Assembly: GCA_944382835.1 (NCBI GenBank)
Contig: CALWNP010000011.1
Span: 535 to 64,534 of the forward strand
DNA: 64,000 nt
Origin: an uncultured Gemmiger sp.
GTDB lineage: Bacteria > Bacillota > Clostridia > Oscillospirales > Ruminococcaceae
Reading direction: 5' to 3'
In this document: positions 9,677 through 19,440 of the stretch, in pieces
Position numbering within the stretch: position 1 is the first letter of the stretch
Layout: every line of letters starts with the position of its first letter
Translations under genes and position numbers: made by a program
Notes under the pieces: model-generated
Seen by the model: the letters and a program-made list of their open reading frames with translations, nothing else
The model's database searches: none
Told to the model about the DNA's origin: nothing

Positions 9677-10882
9677 TTGCCAAAGTACTATTACAAAGCC
9701 GAAAATACTGCAGGGGAGCTCTGCCGCGGCGTGACACAGGCCTCCTCACCGGAGCATCTGGAAACCTTTCTGTTGGTGCAGGGAAAGCGGCTTTTGTCCT
9801 ATCACAGGCTGCCGGAATGGACGCTGTTGGAGAACCGCCCGCTTTCCCCGGGCCAGACGTCCGCCTTTTGCCGGAGCCTGGGCACCTTGCTGGAGGCGGG
9901 AATCCCGGCAGTTCCGGCCTTGGAAATTCTGGAAAAGGAAACCGGTGTGTCAGCAGTGCTCAAGCGCAGCTGCCGCAAAATCCGGGAAGCGGTCTGCAGG
10001 GGGCAGCCATTGTCCGAGGCGATGGAGCGCTGCGGCCAGGTGTTTCCGCAGCAGGTCATTCAGTCCTTCCGCAGTGCTGAACACAGCGGGACACTGGGCA
10101 AGAATGCCTTGCGGATGGCCGAACAGTATGGCCGGGAGGCACAGATCCGGCGCGCCGTGCACAGCTGTATGATTTATCCCATCTTTCTGGCAGGGCTGAC
10201 GGTGGTTGTCCTGGGCATCCTGATGAACTTTGTGATTCCCCAGTTTGCCGAGCTGTTTTCCCACCTGGATCCCATGCCGCTGTCCACTCGGATTTTGCTG
10301 GCCGTCAGTGGGGTGACTCAATCTTTTTGGCGGGAAATCCTGCTGGGGATTCTCATTGCGGTGCTTTTTCTGTCGCTGCTGGGGCGGCTCCCATCGGTCC
10401 GGCGGCGCAGGGACCGCCGAAAACTGCATCTGCCATGGGTTGGAGGGTTGTATCGGAAACTGTGCACAGCACGGTTTTCCAGAACCTATTGCGTCATGTA
10501 TCAGAGTGGAATCCCGGTTCTGACCAGTTTGCAGGCTGCCGGGGAGGCTGCCGGAAACCGCTGGATCTCGGCCCAGCTGGAACGGGCCATCCAGAAGGTA
10601 CAAAACGGCAGCTCCCTTTCCGAGGCGCTGTCCCGGGTGGACGGCTTTGACCGCCGTTTGGCCATCTGTCTGCGGCTGGGGGAGGAGAGCGGCCGTGCGG
10701 ATGAACTGCTGCAGGCGGTGGCAAAGACGCTGGAAAATGAAGCGGAAACCGAGGTCAAGGAGGCCGTTGCACTGTTGGAACCGGTCATGGTGGTTGTGAT
10801 GGCAGTGATCATCGGTTTTGTAGTGATCTCGGTCATGCTGCCGCTCTACCAATCCTATGAACAAATCGGAATGGGGTATTAA
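9677..10882 (+). CDS. pilC: type IV pilus / T2SS platform protein (PilC/GspF family)
   Basis: Two T2SSF repeats (LLEAGIPAVPALEIL; AEHSGTL; GEESGR; LLEPVM), three TM helices; TTG start. Confidence 0.92.
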   Translation: MPKYYYKAENTAGELCRGVTQASSPEHLETFLLVQGKRLLSYHRLPEWTLLENRPLSPGQTSAFCRSLGTLLEAGIPAVPALEILEKETGVSAVLKRSCRKIREAVCRGQPLSEAMERCGQVFPQQVIQSFRSAEHSGTLGKNALRMAEQYGREAQIRRAVHSCMIYPIFLAGLTVVVLGILMNFVIPQFAELFSHLDPMPLSTRILLAVSGVTQSFWREILLGILIAVLFLSLLGRLPSVRRRRDRRKLHLPWVGGLYRKLCTARFSRTYCVMYQSGIPVLTSLQAAGEAAGNRWISAQLERAIQKVQNGSSLSEALSRVDGFDRRLAICLRLGEESGRADELLQAVAKTLENEAETEVKEAVALLEPVMVVVMAVIIGFVVISVMLPLYQSYEQIGMGY

Positions 10883-10884
10883 CC

Positions 10885-12138
10885 ATGCAGATGCCTTTCA
10901 AAAAGCCAACCTTTCCCGCCGGGTTGTTTCCGCAAAAGCCGGAGCTGGGGGAAGATTCCGCAGAGCCCGTGGAAAGCGAGGACACGGCACCGGCAGTTTT
11001 GCTCATCAACAGCCTGCTGCAGCGCGCCATGGAAGCCCATGCCACCGACATCCACCTGGAACCCTTCGGGCAAAGCGCTTCCATCCGGCTGCGCATTGAC
11101 GGATCGTTGGTGGATTACGGCACGGTGGATCCCGAACACCACAAAAGTGCGGTGGCTCGGGTCAAGGTCCTGGCCAAGCTGGACATTGCCAAACACCACA
11201 TTGCGCAGGATGGCCATTTTGTGGCATCACTGCCCCAGGGGGAGGTCGATGTCCGGGTCTCGGTTCTGCCGACCATCCACGGCGAAAAGGCTGTTTTGCG
11301 GGTGCTGGCTAACAATGTGGAAATCCTTCATGCCGATCACTTCGGCATGTCGGACGACATCTATCAACGGTTTGTCCCGCTGCTGCGGCGGGGCAACGGG
11401 ATTTTGTATCTGACCGGCCCCACCGGTTGCGGAAAATCCACCACCATGTACCTGGCCCTGCAGCGTCTGGCAGAGGGACCGGTGAATGTGACCACCATTG
11501 AGGACCCGGTGGAACGGAACCTGGATCAGGTCAACCAGATTCAGATTAACCCCGAAGCCGGCCTGACCTTTGCCGACGGTCTGCGAGCGGTGCTGCGCCA
11601 GGACCCCGATGTGATCATGGTGGGGGAGACCCGGGATCTGGAAACCGCCAGAACTTCCATCCATGCGGCGATGACCGGGCATCTGGTGCTCTCCACCCTG
11701 CACACCAACGGCGCATTGGAATCGGTGGCGCGGCTGGAGGATATGGGCATCCAGCCCTATGACATCGCCAGCGCGGTCATCGGCTTTGTGGCACAGCGGC
11801 TGGTGCGCCGGGTGTGTCCCTACTGCGGCAGACCAGTGCCGGCAACCGCAGCGGAACAAAGCATGCTGGAACGGTCCATCCCTACCGTGATGCGGGGCAC
11901 CGGATGTGAGCACTGCCATGGCACCGGCTATCTGGGGCGGGTTGCCGTCCACGAGATGGTGCTGCTGGACCGGGAGCTGCGCCGGATGATCCTGAAACAG
12001 GAGCCGATGGATGCCATGATGGAAGTGGCACGCAGACACCAGAAGATGCGGCGCGTATGGGAAGCGGCGGTGGATCTGGTGGCCGAGGGAATCACCACCC
12101 CCGAAGAAGCGGAACGGGTGAAAAATGGCGGTGCATAG
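10885..12138 (+). CDS. pilB: pilus assembly ATPase (PilB/GspE family), lacking the long N-terminal domain
   Basis: ATDIHLEP, Walker A GPTGCGKST, TIEDPVE, LRQDPDVIMVGETRD, TGHLVLSTLHTN, CxxC...CxxC zinc motif. Confidence 0.93.
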   Translation: MQMPFKKPTFPAGLFPQKPELGEDSAEPVESEDTAPAVLLINSLLQRAMEAHATDIHLEPFGQSASIRLRIDGSLVDYGTVDPEHHKSAVARVKVLAKLDIAKHHIAQDGHFVASLPQGEVDVRVSVLPTIHGEKAVLRVLANNVEILHADHFGMSDDIYQRFVPLLRRGNGILYLTGPTGCGKSTTMYLALQRLAEGPVNVTTIEDPVERNLDQVNQIQINPEAGLTFADGLRAVLRQDPDVIMVGETRDLETARTSIHAAMTGHLVLSTLHTNGALESVARLEDMGIQPYDIASAVIGFVAQRLVRRVCPYCGRPVPATAAEQSMLERSIPTVMRGTGCEHCHGTGYLGRVAVHEMVLLDRELRRMILKQEPMDAMMEVARRHQKMRRVWEAAVDLVAEGITTPEEAERVKNGGA

Positions 12139-12150
12139 GAGGCGTGGAAT

Positions 12151-12696
12151 GTGAAGGGATTGGATGCCCGCGGGTTCACCCTGGCAGAGCTGATGGTGGT
12201 GCTGGCCATTCTGGCGTTGGGATCGGCTTTGACCGTTGCAGGGCTGAACGGCTATCAAAAACACGCCCTTGCCGTCCAGAATCGGGCGGGGGCGCAGCGG
12301 GTGTACCAGACAGCCGAAGCCGGACTGGCAGAGCTCAAGGCCACCGGACAGCTGGCGTCGTGGCTGCGGTTGGTGGAGCAGGACACAGCAGACGAGGCGG
12401 AGACGGTGACCCTGTTTCTGGATCGGCAGCAGCGGACCGGCGCTGTCTGGCAGTTGTTGCAGAATGCCCTGACGGAGGAAGAACTGGATGCAGCCATCTG
12501 CCTGCAGCTGGATACCGATGCCGGCCATCTGGTGGCTGTGTATTATGATGCTACCGCAGATACTTTGCGCCGGGAAGACTTGAATAACGCGGAAGTGGGC
12601 TGCTGGATGGGGGATGCTCCCGCAAAGCCGGCGGCTGCCCCGCCTCCGGAGGAAGCCCTTCTTTGGAGACAGGCAACGCCGGAGGAGGCGGGTTGA
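12151..12696 (+). CDS. type IV pilin-like protein
   Basis: Class III signal peptide RG|FTLAELMVVLAILAL with E at +5. Confidence 0.85.
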   Translation: MKGLDARGFTLAELMVVLAILALGSALTVAGLNGYQKHALAVQNRAGAQRVYQTAEAGLAELKATGQLASWLRLVEQDTADEAETVTLFLDRQQRTGAVWQLLQNALTEEELDAAICLQLDTDAGHLVAVYYDATADTLRREDLNNAEVGCWMGDAPAKPAAAPPPEEALLWRQATPEEAG

Positions 12697-13430
12697 TGAA
12701 CAAGACAGGGATGAGCATCCGGGACCAGGCAGGCGTTTCACTGGCCATTGTGCTCTGCATCGGGGCACTTCTGGTCACCCTGTCTGCCGTCCTGGTGCGG
12801 TCCGGCAGCAATTTGACGGATTCCGCCCGCCGGACCATAGAACAAGAACGGGCGTATCAGCTGGCGGTCAGCTTTTCTGACCAACTGAAGGCATCCCTTT
12901 GCACCGATTCCGCCCGGCAGGACAGCCTGGGCGCTTTCCTCGATCAGCATTTCCTGACCCCCGAGTATGGGGCGGAACCGTTGACCCTGGACTGTGCCGA
13001 ACAGACGGCGGAGGAGTATGGCCAGATCTCTCTGACCCTGGAAAAACAACAACTGCCGATGACCCGGACGTTTCAGCTCTCCCGGGACGGATGGGAACCT
13101 GCCCTGCCCTCGCCGGAGGGGGCGCGGGTGGCGGATTATCTGGTTCAGGTGACGGTGACAGCCACCCTGCCGGAGGCGTCCTTTTCCTACACCGAATCCT
13201 ATCACCGGTGGGTTGACTGCACGGCAGTGTACGAATATGAGGGCGCAAGCTACCGGTATGCCGGAAACCTGACCTTTCAACCGGCAGAAGGGGCGGGGGC
13301 GGACCTCGTTCTTTCCGGGGAGCAAGCCCTGGTCTGCCGCTTTGAACCCAAACAGGCGGCCGACACCGGGTATACATCTGTGGCGGAGGAGTGGTACGAT
13401 GAGAGCAAAACTGCGGCAACAATCCGGTGA
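12696..13430 (+). CDS. PilX/GspK-like minor pilin
   Basis: AG|VSLAIVLCIGALLVTL with no E at +5, followed by EQERAYQLA; ATG overlaps previous TGA. Confidence 0.7.
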   Translation: MNKTGMSIRDQAGVSLAIVLCIGALLVTLSAVLVRSGSNLTDSARRTIEQERAYQLAVSFSDQLKASLCTDSARQDSLGAFLDQHFLTPEYGAEPLTLDCAEQTAEEYGQISLTLEKQQLPMTRTFQLSRDGWEPALPSPEGARVADYLVQVTVTATLPEASFSYTESYHRWVDCTAVYEYEGASYRYAGNLTFQPAEGAGADLVLSGEQALVCRFEPKQAADTGYTSVAEEWYDESKTAATIR

Positions 13431-13752
13431 GACGCTGGCAGAGGTCCTGGTGGCCTTTGCGGTGCTGGCCCTGTTCGCCACCCTTTTTCTGGGGGCGGTT
13501 CGCTTTGCGGACCGGATGAATCTGGTGATAGAGACAGAGGAAGAGACTGTGACCGGAATCCTGCAATCCCTTTATGCGGGGGAAGGCCAGGTGACACAGC
13601 ATCCAGCGGAAGAATATACCTTCCTGACCCCGGACGGCACACCGGCATTTTCCATCCAGCCGCCTCGCCAGACGGTGACCCTGACCGTGGAGGAAGGCGG
13701 ACAGGAACGGCAGTATTCCTTCCGTCGGTTTGCCGGGGAGGCGGAACCATGA
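13399..13752 (+). CDS. small type IV pilin-like protein
   Basis: SG|ETLAEVLVAFAVLALF with E at +5; start trimmed to ATG 13399 behind GGAGGAG. Confidence 0.8.
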   Translation: MRAKLRQQSGETLAEVLVAFAVLALFATLFLGAVRFADRMNLVIETEEETVTGILQSLYAGEGQVTQHPAEEYTFLTPDGTPAFSIQPPRQTVTLTVEEGGQERQYSFRRFAGEAEP

Positions 13753-14456
13753 TCCGGCACAGCCAGCGGGGCACAACTCTGGCAGAAGTATTGGTGGCCA
13801 TGGCGCTGATGGCCATTCTGGCGGCGTCGGCTGTGTCCCTGGTGCGCCCCACCTTTTCCATTTATCAAAAGTACTGGAGCCGCGAGACCGCCCGGACGAT
13901 TGCCCAGGCGGTGCTGGATCAGCTGCGCGGCGAATTGTTGGACGCCCAGGGATTTCTGTGCCTTGTCCCGGCGGGAGAGGACCCCGACCTGGTGTTTACG
14001 GCAGGTGAGAACCCGGCGCAGGGCAATGCCCTGTTTTTTCAAAGCACTGCCGGAACCCTGGTGCTTCTGGATGCGGGTGCGGTGGAACAAACTGCCCTGC
14101 AGGCACCGCAGTCTGACGAAGGGACTGTCGGTCCGCTGACGGCCGGCACTTTGCACCGGCGGGAATTTCTCCGGGAGGAATCGGGACAATGGCAGACGGG
14201 AGAACCTGATGCAAGGCAGGCCTGGTCCTGCGTGGAGCTGCTGCCGCAGACGTTTTACGAGGACAATACCATCACCCTGGAGTTTTCGGTGGCATCCAGC
14301 GAGGAAGACTTGGCGCAGGAAGGGCTTCTCCGGGTACAGGCATTGACTGCCGAGGTCTCGGTCTGGTGTGATGGCAGGGTGGTGGCACAGCGCACCGCTG
14401 TGCTTCCGCTGCCCAAAAAGCCGATGCTCTGGCAGCGGGAGACGGCAGAAAATTAG
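13749..14456 (+). CDS. type IV pilin-like protein
   Basis: RG|TTLAEVLVAMALMAIL with E at +5; ATGA overlap. Confidence 0.82.
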   Translation: MIRHSQRGTTLAEVLVAMALMAILAASAVSLVRPTFSIYQKYWSRETARTIAQAVLDQLRGELLDAQGFLCLVPAGEDPDLVFTAGENPAQGNALFFQSTAGTLVLLDAGAVEQTALQAPQSDEGTVGPLTAGTLHRREFLREESGQWQTGEPDARQAWSCVELLPQTFYEDNTITLEFSVASSEEDLAQEGLLRVQALTAEVSVWCDGRVVAQRTAVLPLPKKPMLWQRETAEN

Positions 14457-14522
14457 AATGGAAAATAAATGAACGAAACAGCGAGAAAAGCAAAAAACGT
14501 TGAATTTTTTTTGAAAAAATGC

Positions 14523-14551
14523 TTGACTTTCCCCCAGGCCGATGGTATTAT
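14523..14551 (+). promoter_or_regulatory. sigma-A promoter of tRNA-Arg
   Basis: TTGACT-N17-TATTAT with TGn extension and an A/T-rich upstream tract. Confidence 0.8.
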
Positions 14552-14565
14552 ACTAACTGTTCCTC

Positions 14566-14642
14566 GCGCCGGTAGCTCAGCTGGATAGAGTGTCTGACTA
14601 CGAATCAGAAGGTCGGGGGTTCGAGTCCCTTCCGGCGCACCA
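14566..14642 (+). tRNA. tRNA-Arg (anticodon ACG)
   Basis: GCGCCGG/CCGGCGC acceptor stem, D-arm AGCTCAGCTGGATAGAG, anticodon arm TCTGA-CTACGAA-TCAGA, GGTTCGAG T-loop, encoded CCA. Confidence 0.98.
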
Positions 14643-14678
14643 ATGCCCACAGCGTTTGCTGTGGGCATTTTTGTTTTT
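14642..14678 (+). terminator. intrinsic terminator after tRNA
   Basis: AATGCCCACAGC-gttt-GCTGTGGGCATT followed by a T-rich tail. Confidence 0.88.
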
Positions 14679-14793
14679 CCGATGAAAAAGGATTTTTCTC
14701 GACTTTTCTATTGAGGATAAGACCGCTTTATGGTATAGTAAGGCTGTATCATCAGATTTTGCGGCCGGTTTTGCCGCAGAGCGGAGGAATGGG

Positions 14794-15906
14794 ATGGATC
14801 AGTTGCAGGAGGCCCGTGCAGAGATCGACCAGATTGATGCGCAGATGGCAGAACTTTTTGAGCGCCGGATGCAGGCAGTGGCAAAGGTGGCAGCCTATAA
14901 GGCGGCCACCGGCAAGGCGGTGTTTGACCCGGAACGGGAGGAAACCCTGATCCGCAACAACACCTTGCGTCTGCAGGATGCGGCGCTGCGTCCTTATTAC
15001 AAGGTATTTTTGCAGCAGGCAATGGGGGTCTCCCGGGCATACCAGCGCTGGATCCTGGGCCGGGACACCGCCGCCTATCAAGGGGTGGAGGGGGCCTGGT
15101 CCCACATCGCCCTCAAGCGGCTGTTCCCCTTTGCCAAGGCCAAAGCTTTTGCCACCTGGGCCCAGGTGTTTGAGGCGGTGGAAAACGGAGAAACCCAGTT
15201 CGGGGTCCTGCCCTTTGAAAACTCCAACGCCGGGGATGTCTCCACCGTTCTGGATCTGCTCTACGCCCATCCGGGGCTGACGGTGACCCATCTCTGCGAC
15301 CTGCCCATCCGGCAGGACCTGCTGGCGCTGCCCGGCAGCTCTCTTTCGGACATTCGCACCGTCATCAGCCACCAGCAGGCGCTGGCGCAGAGCACCCCCT
15401 ATCTGAAAGCCCATCATTTTGCCACCAAGGCATGGGGCAATACGGCGGATGCGGCCCGGTATGTGGCGGAACAGAAAGACCCCTCTCTGGCGGCCATCGC
15501 CTCAGCCCAGACCGCCGAGCTGTACGGGCTGCAGATCCTGGCCGAGGGAATCAATGAGGACGGCGACAACACCACCCGGTTCATTGTCATTGAAAAGAGC
15601 GATCCCAACCAGAAGCCTCTGCCCGGCCCGGGCCGGCGGATGGCCCTGCTCTTTACGGTGGACCACAAGCCCGGCAAGCTGGCCAAGGTGATCCAGCTGC
15701 TGGGTGAGCAGGGATACAATATGGAATGTATCAAAAGCCGCCCGCTGCCCCATGTGCAGTTCGAGTACTATTTCTATGTGCAGCTGATCTGCCCGGCGCA
15801 AGAGCTGCCCGAAAACGGCGGTTTGCTGTTGCGGTCGCTGGACAATGTCTGCCGGACGGTGCGCGTCCTGGGCGTTTTTGCTCCCGGAGATCTGGCCGGG
15901 GATTGA
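14794..15906 (+). CDS. pheA: chorismate mutase / prephenate dehydratase
   Basis: N-terminal AroQ-type CM (RAEIDQIDAQMAELFERRM), PDT motifs AYQGVEGAWS, LPFENS, NTTRF, C-terminal ACT (IKSRP). Confidence 0.95.
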   Translation: MDQLQEARAEIDQIDAQMAELFERRMQAVAKVAAYKAATGKAVFDPEREETLIRNNTLRLQDAALRPYYKVFLQQAMGVSRAYQRWILGRDTAAYQGVEGAWSHIALKRLFPFAKAKAFATWAQVFEAVENGETQFGVLPFENSNAGDVSTVLDLLYAHPGLTVTHLCDLPIRQDLLALPGSSLSDIRTVISHQQALAQSTPYLKAHHFATKAWGNTADAARYVAEQKDPSLAAIASAQTAELYGLQILAEGINEDGDNTTRFIVIEKSDPNQKPLPGPGRRMALLFTVDHKPGKLAKVIQLLGEQGYNMECIKSRPLPHVQFEYYFYVQLICPAQELPENGGLLLRSLDNVCRTVRVLGVFAPGDLAGD

Positions 15907-15921
15907 ATAGGAGGAAGAGCC

Positions 15922-16953
15922 ATGAAATTGACTATGCAGCTGGGAAAACGCAGCTATGATATTATCCTCAAGCGCGGTTGCCTCGCCAACCTGCATCAGT
16001 TCGCCAACCTGTCCCATCGCAAGGTGTTTGTCCTCACCGATACCGGGGTGCCGGCCCAGTTTGCCCAGACGGTTCTGGACCAGTGCCAGGATGGGATGAT
16101 CTATACCGTGCCCCAGGGGGAGGGGAGCAAATGCCTCAAGACCTACGGCACGGTGCTGCAGGCCATGCTGGAATTTGGCATGACCCGCCGGGATGTGGTG
16201 GTCTCGGTGGGCGGCGGCGTCATCGGAGATCTGGGCGGTTTCTGCGCCGCCAGCTATATGCGCGGCATTGATTTTATCAACTGCCCCACCACCACCCTTT
16301 CTCAGATTGATTCCTCCATCGGCGGCAAGACCGGCATTGACCTGGGGGATACCAAAAATATTGTCGGCGCTTTCTGGCAGCCCAAGGTGGTCCTGGTGGA
16401 CCCCGATACCCTGGAAACGCTGCCCCGGCGCCATTTTGTTAACGGCCTGGCCGAAGCGGTCAAGGCCGGTCTCATTGCTGATCCCGAACTGTTTGCCCTG
16501 TTTGAGAAGGGCAACGTCCGGGAGGACATTGAACAGATCATCTACCGCAGCCTGCGGGTGAAGAAAAACATTGTGGAGCAGGACGAGCGGGAAGCCGGAC
16601 CCCGGAAGGCCCTCAACTTTGGCCACACCATTGGACATGGCATCGAGGCGGTCAAGGGGGTCAAGGGACGCCGCACCAACGGCCTGTTCCACGGCGAGTG
16701 CGTGGCCCTGGGCATGCTGCCGATGATCGAGGACAAGGCCCTGGCCAAGCGCACCCGCGCGGTGCTGCGGTCGCTGGGGCTGCCGACCCGCACCGGGGTG
16801 GACAAGAAAAAGGTCCTGGCCCAGATGCAGCATGACAAAAAGAGCCAGGGCGATTCCATCACCATCATCAAGGTGCCCGGCCTGGGCTGCTGGCGGGCAG
16901 ATTCGCTGCCCATGCGGGAACTGCCCACATTGCTGGGCCTGGACGAGGAATAA
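15922..16953 (+). CDS. aroB: 3-dehydroquinate synthase
   Basis: GGGVIGDLGGF, PTTTLSQIDSSIGGKTG, LNFGHTIGHGIE. Confidence 0.96.
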   Translation: MKLTMQLGKRSYDIILKRGCLANLHQFANLSHRKVFVLTDTGVPAQFAQTVLDQCQDGMIYTVPQGEGSKCLKTYGTVLQAMLEFGMTRRDVVVSVGGGVIGDLGGFCAASYMRGIDFINCPTTTLSQIDSSIGGKTGIDLGDTKNIVGAFWQPKVVLVDPDTLETLPRRHFVNGLAEAVKAGLIADPELFALFEKGNVREDIEQIIYRSLRVKKNIVEQDEREAGPRKALNFGHTIGHGIEAVKGVKGRRTNGLFHGECVALGMLPMIEDKALAKRTRAVLRSLGLPTRTGVDKKKVLAQMQHDKKSQGDSITIIKVPGLGCWRADSLPMRELPTLLGLDEE

Positions 16954-16969
16954 TACAAGAGGATCAACG

Positions 16970-18082
16970 ATGAAAAATACCTTTGGCAATGCGGTGTCCA
17001 TGACCATTTTCGGCGAAAGCCACGGCCCCGCCATCGGCGCAGTGCTGGATGGCTTGGCGGCCGGGCTGCCGGTGGACGCCGATCTGATTGCGGACCGGAT
17101 GGATCGCCGTCGGGCCCGGGGAGATGGATTGTCCACCTCCCGCACCGAGCCGGACCAGGTGGAATTTCTGTCCGGCGTTCTGGACGGGCACACTACCGGC
17201 ACCCCGGTGACCCTGATGGTGCGCAACACCAATACCCGCAGCGGGGACTACGCAGCCACCGCGGCGCTGCTGCGGCCCGGCCATGCCGATTATACCGCCT
17301 TCGCCAAGTACGAGGGTTGGCAGGACGCTCGGGGCGGAGGCCATTTCTCGGGGCGGATCACCGCGGCTTCGGTGGCGGCGGGGGCCCTCTGCGAGGGAAT
17401 CCTCCGGGAGCTGGGCATCCGGGTGTACACCCACATTGCCCAGTGCGCCGGGATCAGCGATTCCCCGCTGTCCAGCGCGGCGGGGCTGGTCTGCCCCGAG
17501 CCGGCGCCCGGCCATTTTGCCCTGCTGGACCCCGGCAAGGAGATCCCCATGCAGGAGGCCATCCGTGCCGCCGGCGGCGTGGGGGACAGTGTGGGCGGTA
17601 TTTTGGAAACCATCATCACCGGCGTCCCGGCCGGGGTGGGGGAGCCCTTCTTTGACAGCGTGGAGAGCGAGCTGAGCCACCTGATGTTCTCGGTTCCTGC
17701 GGTGAAGGGCATCGAGTTCGGCGCCGGGTTTGCCCTTGCCCGGATGCGGGGCAGCGAGGCAAATGATCCCTTCGTCATGCGGGAGGGAAAGGTGGCCACG
17801 GCCACCAACCGCAACGGCGGGATCAACGGCGGCATCACCAATGGCATGCCCATCCTGCTGCGCACCGTGGTCAAGCCCACGCCCAGCATCTACAAACCGC
17901 AGCAGACGGTGGATTATACCCATTACACCGATGCCACCCTCCAGATCCAGGGGCGGCATGATCCCTGTATTGTTCCCCGCGCCGCCGTGGTGCAGAATAC
18001 CATGGCCGCGTTCGGAATCCTGGACCTTCTCACCGTCCGATACGGCACCCTGGCCCAAAAACACGGCCTGCCGCAACAATAA
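16970..18082 (+). CDS. aroC: chorismate synthase
   Basis: TIFGESHG, RPGHADY, GGGHFSGR, GRHDPCIVPRA; start trimmed to ATG 16970. Confidence 0.96.
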   Translation: MKNTFGNAVSMTIFGESHGPAIGAVLDGLAAGLPVDADLIADRMDRRRARGDGLSTSRTEPDQVEFLSGVLDGHTTGTPVTLMVRNTNTRSGDYAATAALLRPGHADYTAFAKYEGWQDARGGGHFSGRITAASVAAGALCEGILRELGIRVYTHIAQCAGISDSPLSSAAGLVCPEPAPGHFALLDPGKEIPMQEAIRAAGGVGDSVGGILETIITGVPAGVGEPFFDSVESELSHLMFSVPAVKGIEFGAGFALARMRGSEANDPFVMREGKVATATNRNGGINGGITNGMPILLRTVVKPTPSIYKPQQTVDYTHYTDATLQIQGRHDPCIVPRAAVVQNTMAAFGILDLLTVRYGTLAQKHGLPQQ

Positions 18083-18120
18083 CACAGAAACAATCCAAAC
18101 AAACAAGGGGGAGATTTTGG

Positions 18121-19371
18121 ATGGAGTATGGTTTGATTGGCGCAAAACTGGGCCACAGCTACTCCCGGCTCATTCATCAACTGGTCGGGGGCTACGATTA
18201 CACCCACCTGGCACTGCCCACCGAGGCCGACGTCCGCGCCTTTCTGGAAAAGCGGGACTTCAAGGCAATCAATGTGACCATTCCCTACAAGCGGCTGGTC
18301 ATTCCGCTCTGCGATGAGGTGGACCAGCGGGCCGCCGACATCGGTGCGGTCAACACCATTGTAAACCGCGGCGGCCGCCTGTACGGCTACAACACCGACT
18401 ACGGCGGATTCGCTTACCTGGCCCGGCGGCACGGCATCAATTTTGCCGGCAAGTCGGTGCTGATTCTGGGAACTGGCGGCACCAGCAAGACGGTCACCGC
18501 CGTCTGCCGGGATGCCGGTGCCCGCAGCATTCTGGTGGCCAGCCGCACCGGGCGGGGCAATGCCGTGACCTATGACCAGATTGCCCGCTATCCCGAAACC
18601 CAGATCGTCATCAACACCACCCCGGCCGGCATGTATCCCGACAACGGCAGTTGCCTGCTGGATCTGTCGGGGCTGCCCATGGTGGAAGCGGTGCTGGATG
18701 TGGTGTACAACCCCTTCCAGACCGAGCTGCTGCTCCGTGCCAAGGAACGGGGCATCCCCGGTTACTGCGGCTTTGAGATGCTGGTGGCCCAGGCGGTGTA
18801 TGCCGCCGAGTTGTTCACCGGCAAGAAGTACCACGACGATGTGATCGAGGAAGTACATCACACCCTCAAGCGGGGAATCAGCAACCTGTCCCTGATCGGG
18901 ATGCCGGGCTGCGGCAAGAGCACCTTGGCTGCGGCTCTGGCCCGCCGTCTGGAAAAGACCTATGTGGATCTGGATGAGGTCATCGAAAAGACGGCCGGCA
19001 TCCCCATCACTGAGATCTTTGCCCGCCAGGGGGAGGATGCTTTCCGCCGCATCGAACAGCAGGCGGTGGAACGGGTTTCCAAGGAGAGTGGCCAGGTCAT
19101 CGCCTGCGGCGGCGGTGTGGTCAAAACCCCGGGCAACGTCCGGATGCTGCATCAGAATGGCCCGGTTCTCTGGGTCCGCCGCCCGGTGGAGTTTCTTGCC
19201 ACCACCGGCCGGCCGCTTTCCACCGGTCGGGATGCCCTGATGCGGATGCAGAAGGAACGCTCGCCGCTCTACGATGCCGCCAGCGATGCCTCCATCGACA
19301 ACACCAGCACCCTGCAGGAAACGGTGGACGCCGCCGCTGCCGCCTTTGAGCGGATCTTTGATTATCAATAA
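18121..19371 (+). CDS. aroE: fused shikimate dehydrogenase / shikimate kinase (AroE-AroK)
   Basis: GHSYS, NVTIPYK, GAVNT, NTDYGG, GTGG; C-terminal kinase P-loop GMPGCGKS, DLD and GGGVV. Confidence 0.93.
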   Translation: MEYGLIGAKLGHSYSRLIHQLVGGYDYTHLALPTEADVRAFLEKRDFKAINVTIPYKRLVIPLCDEVDQRAADIGAVNTIVNRGGRLYGYNTDYGGFAYLARRHGINFAGKSVLILGTGGTSKTVTAVCRDAGARSILVASRTGRGNAVTYDQIARYPETQIVINTTPAGMYPDNGSCLLDLSGLPMVEAVLDVVYNPFQTELLLRAKERGIPGYCGFEMLVAQAVYAAELFTGKKYHDDVIEEVHHTLKRGISNLSLIGMPGCGKSTLAAALARRLEKTYVDLDEVIEKTAGIPITEIFARQGEDAFRRIEQQAVERVSKESGQVIACGGGVVKTPGNVRMLHQNGPVLWVRRPVEFLATTGRPLSTGRDALMRMQKERSPLYDAASDASIDNTSTLQETVDAAAAAFERIFDYQ

Positions 19372-19440
19372 TTCCCACAAAAGAGGGAAATTCCGGCTTT
19401 GGGCCGAAAAATGTAGGAAACAGAAAGAGGTTTGTAGTAT

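Noticed and set aside
8865-14642. Pilus cluster as an island integrated at tRNA-Arg
   Set aside because: No integrase, no duplicated tRNA 3' end seen, and the cluster lies on the 5' side of the tRNA
14700-14793. T-box or Phe/Tyr leader peptide before pheA
   Set aside because: Leader is only about 55 nt, with no terminator, specifier loop or aromatic-codon run
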